Assembly: GCA_017467305.1 (NCBI GenBank)
Contig: JAFTSM010000065.1
Coordinates: 1,353 to 65,352 of the forward strand
Source of the DNA: Candidatus Gastranaerophilales bacterium
GTDB lineage: Bacteria > Cyanobacteriota > Vampirovibrionia > Gastranaerophilales > Gastranaerophilaceae
Reading direction: 5' to 3'
DNA length: 64,000 nt
Each line of letters opens with the position of its first letter. Within the stretch, counting starts at the first letter, position 1. Shown here in pieces: positions 26,655 through 35,003 of the stretch. Below the pieces are notes generated by a model, which did no database searches, was not told where the DNA came from, and saw only the letters and a list, made by a program, of their open reading frames with translations. A program made the position numbers and the translations under genes.

Positions 26655-27665
26655 ATCTTTGATTTTTTCAATGAAACTCTTTTTAATTGGTTTTAAGTTT
26701 TTTAAATAGTCATTAACTACGCAACAGTCGTCTTTAAAAATAGGGTCTGATAATAGTTTAACTATATCATTATATTTTGGATGTGTTGGAAGTGAAACAT
26801 CTAATTCATTCATTAGAGAATCAGAGTCTATTTGCCTATGGTAGTTTATAAAAAATGCTTTCGCATCAAGTTTTTTTGCTAGTTGGGCAAATTTTTTCAT
26901 CTCTTTATAGTTAATAGATGTCACTACAAAATTAAGTTGTAATCCATTTAATAAACCTTGTTTTTTTAACTCTGATAAATATTCAACATTTTTTATTAGT
27001 TCTTTGAAATTACCGTGTTCTACAAGTTTATTGTATGTCTTTTCAGTTGCACTATGTATAGAGATAATAACTGTGCTTAGACGTGATTTTAAGTCTAGTT
27101 CTTCTATTCTCTCTTTAGTGAATAAAGTTCCGTTTGAGATTATATTAAACTTAATTTTAGGGTTTATTTTTATGATTTTTCTTACTACGTCTATTGAGTG
27201 TTTACTTGCAAAAAGTTCACCAGCTGAATTCATTTCAACTATTTCAGCTTTTTCTAATATTGGAGTAAATATTCTATCAAAATTTTCTTCAATACGTTTT
27301 TCTTTTGCTCTGTTATATTCTTCTTCTTCTTTGTTTGGTTTTGTTCTGCAAAAAATACAACGGACGTTACAGCGTCTATCGTAACTAAATTCAATTTGCT
27401 TTGGATATTCTGCTGTTAAGTCTTCGTTTATATTTATTTCTTTTTGAAATGGATCACAGACATCTAATTTACAATATTTGAAATTGTTTTCTATAAATTG
27501 TTTTCTAAAAGCTTTTGCTTTTTCTCCATTCCAAATTTCATCAAAAGATTGTTCAAAAATATTTCCAAAAGAATAAAAATCGGTCCAATAACAACAACAA
27601 CAATATACTTCGCCCGTGTTTTGGATTTGTATAGTATGAAATGGATGATTGCAAATTTTACTCAT
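26640..27665 (-). CDS. radical SAM protein, clade B, N-terminal SPASM/twitch-like motif (B1)
   Basis: The N-terminus is CNHPFHTIQIQNTGEVYCCC...SFGNIFEQSFDEIWNGEKAKAFR...YCKLDVC. It is followed by CNVRCIFC (CX3CX2C), NSAGELF and SIHSATEKTYNKLV. Confidence 0.8.
   Translation of the reverse strand: MSKICNHPFHTIQIQNTGEVYCCCCYWTDFYSFGNIFEQSFDEIWNGEKAKAFRKQFIENNFKYCKLDVCDPFQKEININEDLTAEYPKQIEFSYDRRCNVRCIFCRTKPNKEEEEYNRAKEKRIEENFDRIFTPILEKAEIVEMNSAGELFASKHSIDVVRKIIKINPKIKFNIISNGTLFTKERIEELDLKSRLSTVIISIHSATEKTYNKLVEHGNFKELIKNVEYLSELKKQGLLNGLQLNFVVTSINYKEMKKFAQLAKKLDAKAFFINYHRQIDSDSLMNELDVSLPTHPKYNDIVKLLSDPIFKDDCCVVNDYLKNLKPIKKSFIEKIKDLLKK
27511..27585 (-). repeat. near-identical ~60-nt segment shared by B1, B2 and B3 (copy 1)
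   Basis: TTTTGCTTTTTCTCCATTCCAAATTTCATCAAAAGATTGTTCAAAAATATTTCCAAAAGAATA encodes SFGNIFEQSFDEIWNGEKAK. Confidence 0.8.
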
Positions 27666-27710
27666 ATAAAAATATTATTATAATTTTGGTATTATTGCAA
27701 AGAAGAGTTA

Positions 27711-27719
27711 TGTTATAAT
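27711..27719 (+). promoter_or_regulatory. extended -10 (TGTTATAAT) upstream of A5
   Basis: TGnTATAAT at 27711-27719. AGGAG at 27732-27736 and the TTG start at 27743 lie downstream. Confidence 0.4.
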
Positions 27720-27742
27720 TATTCTTGAATTAGGAGATTATC

Positions 27743-28732
27743 TTGAAATACGTTAGTTGTCAAAATATACAGAATGGGTTGCGATTTGAATATAATGCTA
27801 TAAAACTTTGCTGTTTTATGAGTGGGAACACTCCGGAGCCTTTGTTTATAAAAAAGGATTATTGGGGTGAAAAGCTCGATTGGAAAGAAGTTGTTGATAG
27901 TATATATAAAATCAGAGAAAATCAAAAGAATGGGATAACTCCAGCTGAATGTGTTGGTTGTTTTGGTTTGCAAGAACGTGAATGGGATGATAACCCAAAA
28001 TTTAAATGGATTCAAATAGCGCATTGGTCTGAATGTAATTGTAACTGTACATATTGTTATCGTTTGCAAAGTAATTTTGAAAAGCCTAAAAAACGCTATA
28101 AAATCATGCCAATAATTAAAGAATTAGATAAAATGAATATGCTTGATTACAATGGTGAATTAGCATATTCGGGTGGTGAACCAGCAAGTTTGAGAGAATT
28201 TGATGATATTACAAATTTTTTCCTAAAAAAAGGAATGAGAATTATTATGGTTCACTCTAATGGTATTAAACCAGTAAAATCCGTTTTAAAAGGGCTAAAA
28301 ACAGATACAATGTCTGTAACTGTTAGTGTTGATTGTGGTGATAGACAAAAATTTAAACAAATAAAACAAGTTGATGCTTATAACAAAGTTATGGATACAT
28401 TAAAGAAGTATGTTAAAGCTCAAGGAAATGATAAAACATCTGTTCGTTCAAAATACATTATTATTCCTAGAGTAAATGATACTAAAGAAGATGTAGATAA
28501 ATGGCTTGATGAAACACAAAGAGTTGGAATACAAAAAGTTATTCTGGATTTTGAAGCAGATTGGCTAGAAAGAAATAAACATAACATCCCAGAATATATT
28601 GATGAGTTGTATCAATATATAGTTGATTCAACAAAACAACGAGGAGTTGAATTGCAATTTTATGGTGTAGCTACTCAATATAGAGAAATAAAAAAGCTTA
28701 ATGTTGAGGGCTATGGATTACATCAAGAGTAG
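27743..28732 (+). CDS. radical SAM protein, clade A (A5)
   Basis: TTG start behind AGGAG. CNCNCTYC, SGGEPASL, SVDCGDRQKFKQIKQVDAY, IIPRVNDTKEDV. Confidence 0.8.
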   Translation: MKYVSCQNIQNGLRFEYNAIKLCCFMSGNTPEPLFIKKDYWGEKLDWKEVVDSIYKIRENQKNGITPAECVGCFGLQEREWDDNPKFKWIQIAHWSECNCNCTYCYRLQSNFEKPKKRYKIMPIIKELDKMNMLDYNGELAYSGGEPASLREFDDITNFFLKKGMRIIMVHSNGIKPVKSVLKGLKTDTMSVTVSVDCGDRQKFKQIKQVDAYNKVMDTLKKYVKAQGNDKTSVRSKYIIIPRVNDTKEDVDKWLDETQRVGIQKVILDFEADWLERNKHNIPEYIDELYQYIVDSTKQRGVELQFYGVATQYREIKKLNVEGYGLHQE

Positions 28733-28767
28733 GTTTATTATTAGAAAAAAGGCTTGTTTAATATATT

Positions 28768-29751
28768 ATGTCTGGTGAATTATATTTTTGTGATGAATTA
28801 AATGAAACGTTAACTTGTTATCATGACAAAATAACATCTTGTTGTAGTAATCCAAACGGTCCAATATATTTTGATAAATATGATGGTAGTAAAGTAGATT
28901 TTGAAATTTTAAGACAAAAAAAACTTGAGTTTTTTTCATTGTTTGATGAAGAAAATATCAAAAATTCACCGTGTTATGGTTGTTTTTCCTTAAGAAAAAG
29001 AAAACCTGAGGATGTTATTAATTCTAAATTTAAACAGATTCATGTTTCACATTGGACACATTGTAATTGTGGTTGTATATATTGTGCAAGAATGGATGAT
29101 TCACATGGAAAAATTACCTATAGAAAGGCAAAAAGTGAATATTACGATATGTTGCCTGTTGTAAAACAGTTGTACAAAAAAGATTTATTAGATAGAGAAA
29201 ATCTTATAGTTTGTATACAAGGTGGAGATATCTCTGTATTAAGTGAATTTGAAAAACTTGTAAAGGAGTTTTTTAAGCAAGGTCTTTTAAAATTTCATTT
29301 TCTTTCTAACAATATAATTTATCAACCAATTATTAAAAAATTATTAGATGCAAATAAGGGCACTTTTTGTACTTCTTTAGATTGTGCTAGTAGAGATATT
29401 TACTATAAATTAAAAAGAGTGGATAAATTTGATGAATGTGTAAAAAATTTAAGGAAGTACGCTAAGGGACATTCTCATCCGCCTATTACTGTTAAGTATA
29501 TTGTTATTGAAAATGTAAATGATAACATAATTGAAATGAAAAAATTTTTAGATTTAGTTGTATATATGGGTATAAAAAATGTAGAATTTATGCTAGATAA
29601 TAAATATGTTTTCTGTGACCATTCGAAAGTTAGTATCCCAAAACACTATGGAAACTTATATTTTTTCTTTAAAGAATATTGTGAAATAAGTGGACTAAAG
29701 TTTGTAATATGGGATAAAGTAGAATCTCTGATAAACGAGTATTTATTATAG
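28768..29751 (+). CDS. radical SAM protein, clade A (A6)
   Basis: CNCGCIYC, IQGGDIS, SLDCASRDIYYKLKRVDKF. This is a close paralog of A1. Confidence 0.8.
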   Translation: MSGELYFCDELNETLTCYHDKITSCCSNPNGPIYFDKYDGSKVDFEILRQKKLEFFSLFDEENIKNSPCYGCFSLRKRKPEDVINSKFKQIHVSHWTHCNCGCIYCARMDDSHGKITYRKAKSEYYDMLPVVKQLYKKDLLDRENLIVCIQGGDISVLSEFEKLVKEFFKQGLLKFHFLSNNIIYQPIIKKLLDANKGTFCTSLDCASRDIYYKLKRVDKFDECVKNLRKYAKGHSHPPITVKYIVIENVNDNIIEMKKFLDLVVYMGIKNVEFMLDNKYVFCDHSKVSIPKHYGNLYFFFKEYCEISGLKFVIWDKVESLINEYLL

Positions 29752-29753
29752 TA

Positions 29754-30797
29754 CTACTTTTTCTTTAATATTTTATCTATAAAACAAAGAAAATTTTTTT
29801 CTTCTTTTAGTGGAAGTATTAATTGGGGATTAATTCTTGGTTCAAAATAACAAACATAAGATGCTAATTCTTTTTTTCTTAGTTGTCTAAGAAAATCTTT
29901 GTATAGTGAATTATCTGGTTCAAAGACAGCTATTTCTTTATATTTTTTTGCAAGAGTTGTATGTTCCCAAGGTTGGTAACAAGTATAGCTAACTGAGATG
30001 TTTAGTTTTTTTGCAATATTTGCCATTTTTGCCATTTCTTTATAATTGTATTTAGAGATAACCATAGTAATAGTAACTGATTCAATATTGCCTTTTTCTT
30101 TTTCTTTTGCAATGAATTTTAAAATTTTCATAACAGCAGAAAAATTACCTTTGCAAACGATTTTATTATATGTTTTTTCAGTTGCACCAGGAATTGAAAT
30201 TCTTATATCTTTAATTTTTCCTCTTAAATTTAATTTTTCATATAATTCTTTAGTCAACAATATTCCGTTAGTATCTATCTCAAATAATATATTGGGATGA
30301 ATATTAGTAACATAATTTATAAGATTAATTCCATTCTTGCTTGCAAAAACATCTCCTGAAGTACTTAATTCAATTATTTCTACATCATCAAGTAATGGGA
30401 TGATTTTTTCTGTTATTTCTTTTTGTTTGTCAGAAAAAGCTAGCTTTATTTCGTCTCTACAAGTTTTACAAGCAACATTGCAAACAGTATCGTATGCTAA
30501 TTTTAAATATTTACAAGATTTATCATTTTCCCAATGTTTGAGAATGTCTTCTTTATTTCTTTTATTTTAATATGTACATATATCTAAATTACATAAAGAA
30601 TAGTCATTGTTTAGAATTTTTTCTCTAAAGTCATTTGCTTTTTTTGAATGCCATACTTCTTGAAAGTTATTTTCTAGTAAATTTCCAAAAGAGTAAAAAT
30701 CTACAAATCGTGGGCAACAAGGATAAACATTTCCATCGTCAGAAATTTCAGCCATATAAAACGGTAAATAGCAGACTTTATCGTTTGTAGAGTTCAC
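29754..30797 (-). pseudogene. clade B radical SAM gene interrupted by one in-frame TAA (codon 77)
   Basis: The track fragments 30567-30797 (N-terminal SPASM-like part) and 29754-30260 (C-terminal part) are in the same frame (1044 nt = 348 codons). My reverse-strand translation across 30261-30566 is open and reads ...DKSCKYLKLAYDTVCNVACKTCRDE...STSGDVFASK.... The only stop is TAA at 30567-30569. Confidence 0.75.
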
Positions 30798-31864
30798 TAT
30801 AATACTCCAAATATTTTACATTTATTTCTTATTTTGTTTTTTAAATTATCCCAGAAAGAAATCGGCTCTAATCCCACAAAATAATCATGGCCTTGAATTA
30901 CAACATCTTTTGCATTTAAGAATTCTTGTGAATGAACTAGTTTTACTAGTTTATTGTAGTCTGGGTGTTTTTTATCTTGAATATTGATTTTGTTATAAGT
31001 TTCCTCTAAATCTCTTGAACAATCCAAACCTAATAGACGAACTTTTGCATCTATTCTTCTGCATAATTTAATGATATCTAGTATTTCTTTATAGTTAATG
31101 CTTGTAACAGTAAAATGAAGTTCAAATCTATCCATTTTTCTTTCTTTCTTCATTTGAGAAAGATATTCTATATTTTTAATAACTTTTTTATAATTACCAC
31201 CTTTTACGATTTTGTTGTAGGTCTTTTCTGTAAAAGCATGTAGAGAAACAGTCATCATTGAAATTTTATCTGTGATATTTAATTTTTCTAAATTTTCTTT
31301 TGTACATTGGATTCCGTTTGTAATTATTTCAAATTTAACATTAGGAAATTTGCTGGCAATATTTTTAATTAAATCTCTAGAAATTTTGCTCGCAAAAACT
31401 TCTCCAACTGCATTTGTTTTAACGTATTTTGCCTTTTCTAGCCAAGGAGATAGTATTTCTAATAATTTATCTTCTTTATCTTTCGGAATTAAATTAGTAT
31501 CGACTTTATAATTTTCTCCACGGCAGAAAATACATTTTACATCACATAATTCATCTAAACCTAAAAGAATTCTCTCTGGTGGCTCTGAAATAAGTTTAGG
31601 TTCTTTATCGTGAATTTCTTTTAATATTTCTAAATTTTGGCAACCAGGACATAAGGAAAAATCATTGTCGTAAAGCTTTTGACGAAATTTTTTTGCTTTT
31701 TCTCCATTCCAAATTTCATCAAAAGATTGTTCAAAGATATTTCCAAAAGAATATCCTCTAATCCAGCCACAACTACATGGGTATACATTTCCATATGGCA
31801 TAATTTCTGCCAAAATATATGGATTTGGACAATATATGTGTTTATTTGTATTATTATCTACCAT
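30797..31864 (-). CDS. radical SAM protein, clade B (B2)
   Basis: YCPNPYILAEIMPYGNVYPCSC...SFGNIFEQSFDEIWNGEKAKKFR, then CDVKCIFC. Its TAG stop overlaps the GTG start of the downstream pseudogene by 1 nt. Confidence 0.8.
   Translation of the reverse strand: MVDNNTNKHIYCPNPYILAEIMPYGNVYPCSCGWIRGYSFGNIFEQSFDEIWNGEKAKKFRQKLYDNDFSLCPGCQNLEILKEIHDKEPKLISEPPERILLGLDELCDVKCIFCRGENYKVDTNLIPKDKEDKLLEILSPWLEKAKYVKTNAVGEVFASKISRDLIKNIASKFPNVKFEIITNGIQCTKENLEKLNITDKISMMTVSLHAFTEKTYNKIVKGGNYKKVIKNIEYLSQMKKERKMDRFELHFTVTSINYKEILDIIKLCRRIDAKVRLLGLDCSRDLEETYNKINIQDKKHPDYNKLVKLVHSQEFLNAKDVVIQGHDYFVGLEPISFWDNLKNKIRNKCKIFGVL
31691..31753 (-). repeat. near-identical segment shared by B1, B2 and B3 (copy 2)
   Basis: Same string as 27511-27585, with a single visible substitution (A to G) in the core. 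Confidence 0.8.
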
Positions 31865-32837
31865 TGTTTATGTATCTAATTCTGTCTCTGTAACCACAAG
31901 TAGTTAGGATTTCTCTGTAGTCTAAATTACATTTATGTTCGTGCGCATAATCAACTATCATTTGAACATATTCTTTTACGTTTTCTGGAAGATATTTATT
32001 CTTCTCGTACCAATGATGTTCAAGTTCTAATTGAATATTTGTCATTCCTAAATCTTCAACTATTTTTAGCCAAGCTTGAACTTCTTCTAGTGTATCATTG
32101 TATCCAGGAATAAAAATATATTTCATTCCTATTAAGCTTGCAGAAATTGGGTCTAATCCTTTTTTGTATTTTTTGATGTTGTTTATAACTTTTTTGAAAC
32201 AATCAACATTCTTTACTTTTTTATAAGTTTCTCTGGTGCCTGCGTCGAGTGAAATAGTAACAGCCGCACGTTTCTTTTCTAGCCCTTTTCTTATCCACTT
32301 TGAATAATCTACAGCTGCTGAATTAATCATTATGAAAATATTTGTTTTTTCTAAGAAGAATTTCATTAAATCTGGAAATTCCTTTAGAATTGTTGGTTCA
32401 CCACCAGTAATATTAACGTTGCCATTGTAGCTTAGCATATTCTTATCAAGAGCATCTTTTAAAACTGGTAATATTTTCCAAGGTTTTAATGAGTTAAGAT
32501 ATTTTTTTTGGTCGTGAGTGTGGCAATATACACAGTCTAATTGGCAATTTTCCCAGTGATTGATTAGAATATATGCTAATTGCATTGAACCATTCCAATC
32601 TTTTACTTGTAAGCTAGGACAGCCTTCACAAATTTTAGGGATGTCACCTTTCGCAAACCTATCACGGTATTCTTGTTTTATTTGTCTTATTTTATCCCAG
32701 TCAAAAAGTTCACCTTGATAGCCTTCTATAATTTTTATTGCTTCAAACTTCATACACATTGAATAACTACATAAAACCGCAGCGTCTCTAATAAAACACA
32801 TTCCATTTTCTACAAACTCACAAGATAAATAACCCAT
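31854..32837 (-). CDS. radical SAM protein, clade A (A7)
   Basis: CQLDCVYC, TGGEPTIL, SLDAGTRETYKKVKNVDCF, FIPGYNDTLEEV. Its 3' end overlaps the start of B2 by 11 nt. Confidence 0.8.
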   Translation of the reverse strand: MGYLSCEFVENGMCFIRDAAVLCSYSMCMKFEAIKIIEGYQGELFDWDKIRQIKQEYRDRFAKGDIPKICEGCPSLQVKDWNGSMQLAYILINHWENCQLDCVYCHTHDQKKYLNSLKPWKILPVLKDALDKNMLSYNGNVNITGGEPTILKEFPDLMKFFLEKTNIFIMINSAAVDYSKWIRKGLEKKRAAVTISLDAGTRETYKKVKNVDCFKKVINNIKKYKKGLDPISASLIGMKYIFIPGYNDTLEEVQAWLKIVEDLGMTNIQLELEHHWYEKNKYLPENVKEYVQMIVDYAHEHKCNLDYREILTTCGYRDRIRYINNGR

Positions 32838-32886
32838 TTTAATTCCTCTTACTAATTCATAAGAATATTATATATTAAACATCGCT

Positions 32887-33888
32887 TTAAAAAAATCTAT
32901 ATTTTAATTTTTCCCATAAGCTAATCGGTTTTAAATTTAGCATAGTATCGTTTATTGTACATATTTCTGAGCGAAAAACTGGATTTTTTAGTACCTTAAC
33001 AAAATCATTGAATTTTGGATGTTTTTCATCAAATATATTGATTTTTTCATATATATCTTTGTTTGTTTCAAGTTTTAAAAGTTCTAAAAAACCGACTGTA
33101 GCACCAATTTTTTGTGCCATTTTCATATAAAGTACCATTTCTTTATAGTTATATGCATTTACTACAAAATTAAGAATAAATCTATCTAGTTTTCCTTCTT
33201 TTTTGAGTGAAGAAAGAAAAGTTAAATTATTCATTACTCTATCAAAATCACCATTTACTACGAGTTTATTATAAGTTTCTTTCTTTGTTGCGTGTAGAGA
33301 AACAGTTATAGAAATTAATTTATCTATTATTCCTAATTCCTCTAAATTTTGTTTATCGCATAAAATTCCATTGGATATGAGCGAAAATTTTACATTTGGG
33401 AATAATTCAGAAATTCTTTTAATTAGTTTTCTAGAATGTGGACTAAATAGCGCCTCCCCAACACCAGATAAAACAACATTTTCAGCATTTTCTAACATGT
33501 TTTGAATTATAGAATCCATATTCTCATCAAAATATGATAAATCTTGTTTTTGATGGCAACTTCTGCAGAAAATACATTTTACGTTACAAAGAGAGTCATA
33601 GCAGAATATAAATTTTTTAGGTTTTGGAACAACTTCTGTTGGAATTATCTTATGAGAACAATCTTTTACACACAAATCCAAGTTACAAATATTGTAGTTT
33701 TCATTGATAAATTGGCGTCTAAATTCTTTTGCTTTTTCTCCATTCCAAATTTCATCAAAAGATTGTTCATAAATGTTTCCAAAAGAATATGAATTACACC
33801 AAGGAGGACAGCAAACAAAAACATCACCTTGCATACTTATTTGTGCAGAGTCAAATGGGAATGTACAAATTGCATGTTTTTCTGTCAT
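32887..33888 (-). CDS. radical SAM protein, clade B (B3)
   Basis: The start is moved to the ATG at 33888 (MTEKHAICTFPF...), which is preceded by GGAGG. CNVKCIFC. SFGNIYEQSFDEIWNGEKAKEFR. Confidence 0.8.
   Translation of the reverse strand: MTEKHAICTFPFDSAQISMQGDVFVCCPPWCNSYSFGNIYEQSFDEIWNGEKAKEFRRQFINENYNICNLDLCVKDCSHKIIPTEVVPKPKKFIFCYDSLCNVKCIFCRSCHQKQDLSYFDENMDSIIQNMLENAENVVLSGVGEALFSPHSRKLIKRISELFPNVKFSLISNGILCDKQNLEELGIIDKLISITVSLHATKKETYNKLVVNGDFDRVMNNLTFLSSLKKEGKLDRFILNFVVNAYNYKEMVLYMKMAQKIGATVGFLELLKLETNKDIYEKINIFDEKHPKFNDFVKVLKNPVFRSEICTINDTMLNLKPISLWEKLKYRFF
33727..33789 (-). repeat. near-identical segment shared by B1, B2 and B3 (copy 3)
   Basis: TTTTGCTTTTTCTCCATTCCAAATTTCATCAAAAGATTGTTCATAAATGTTTCCAAAAGAATA has two or three substitutions relative to copy 1. 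Confidence 0.8.
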
Positions 33889-33939
33889 AAAACCTCCGTA
33901 TGTAAAAGTGTATAATAAAATAGCCAATTTAGTCTAATT

Positions 33940-33948
33940 TGTTATAAT
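33940..33948 (+). promoter_or_regulatory. extended -10 (TGTTATAAT) upstream of A8
   Basis: TGnTATAAT at 33940-33948, GGGAGAAG SD, ATG at 33972. Confidence 0.45.
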
Positions 33949-33971
33949 ATAAATTAATCTAGGGAGAAGTT

Positions 33972-35003
33972 ATGAAATATAAATGTTGTGACCATATTTT
34001 AGGAAGTATAGACCTTAGTTTTAGTGGGTTTAAATATTGTAATGAAGTTTGGGAAGGTCCAGAATATATTTTATATACGGATGAAAATGCCTTTGAAAAG
34101 AATGAACAAAGACGTCTCGAAATCATTGAAAAAATGAAAAATGGTTATATTCCAGAACATTGTAAATTGTGTCCAATGTTAGAAGAAAAAGATTGGAAAG
34201 AGTTTGACGGAAAAATTCATAAAATAACTGTTTTTAACTGGAAACATTGTAATGCTGCGTGTTTTTACTGTAGTGTTCATTCCGATTTTTATGATGGGGT
34301 GAAGAAAAGTGATGATTATGATTCATTCCCGATAGTACAAAAATTAGTTGAACAAGGAAGGTTAACAAAAGATTCATTTATTGCTTTTATGGGTGGTGAA
34401 CCTACTATGCTTGAAGAATTTCCTCAAATATTACAACTTTTGCTTGAACATGGTTGTAGACTAGAAGTATTAACTAATGGAATTAAATATGAACAATTGA
34501 TTGGTAAGATGTTAAAAGAAGAAAATAATAATACAATTTGTATTTCTTTAGATTGTGGTTCGAAGGAATTATATAAAAGAATAAAACGAGTTGATAAATT
34601 TGATGATGTTGTTTCGACTATAGAAAAATATGTTCAAGTCGCACAAGATAAAGCAAATAGAGTAAAAATTAAGTATATTATTTTCCCAAATGTTAATGAT
34701 AATAAAAAAGAAATAGATGCTTTTTTTGAAGTGTGTAAAAAAATGGGGGTAAAAACAGTTGCAAGAGCTGTAAATCATGAAGAAAGCAAAATTAAAACTA
34801 CAAAAAATCAAGTGATTGAAAGCTCTGTAATTAAAGCTTATAAATACTTTGAAAATCAAGCAATAAAACTTGGTTTTGAACTTCAGCCAGAACCTTGGGC
34901 AGATGCTATTATTGAAAATAAAGTTTATAACTGTAGAAAAATATCTTTAATTACAAGATTAAAATCAGAAATGCACTTCCTTTTTGGAAACAAGAAGAAT
35001 TAA
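33972..35003 (+). CDS. radical SAM protein, clade A (A8)
   Basis: MKYKCC..., CNAACFYC, MGGEPTML, SLDCGSKELYKRIKRVDKF, IFPNVNDNKKEI. Confidence 0.8.
   Translation: MKYKCCDHILGSIDLSFSGFKYCNEVWEGPEYILYTDENAFEKNEQRRLEIIEKMKNGYIPEHCKLCPMLEEKDWKEFDGKIHKITVFNWKHCNAACFYCSVHSDFYDGVKKSDDYDSFPIVQKLVEQGRLTKDSFIAFMGGEPTMLEEFPQILQLLLEHGCRLEVLTNGIKYEQLIGKMLKEENNNTICISLDCGSKELYKRIKRVDKFDDVVSTIEKYVQVAQDKANRVKIKYIIFPNVNDNKKEIDAFFEVCKKMGVKTVARAVNHEESKIKTTKNQVIESSVIKAYKYFENQAIKLGFELQPEPWADAIIENKVYNCRKISLITRLKSEMHFLFGNKKN

Noticed and set aside
30567-30569. In-frame TAA as programmed recoding or an alternative genetic code
   Set aside because: TAA terminates many confidently called genes in the window (for example cysE, A4 and A13). 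TGA and TAG are also used as stops. Nothing suggests a reassigned code.
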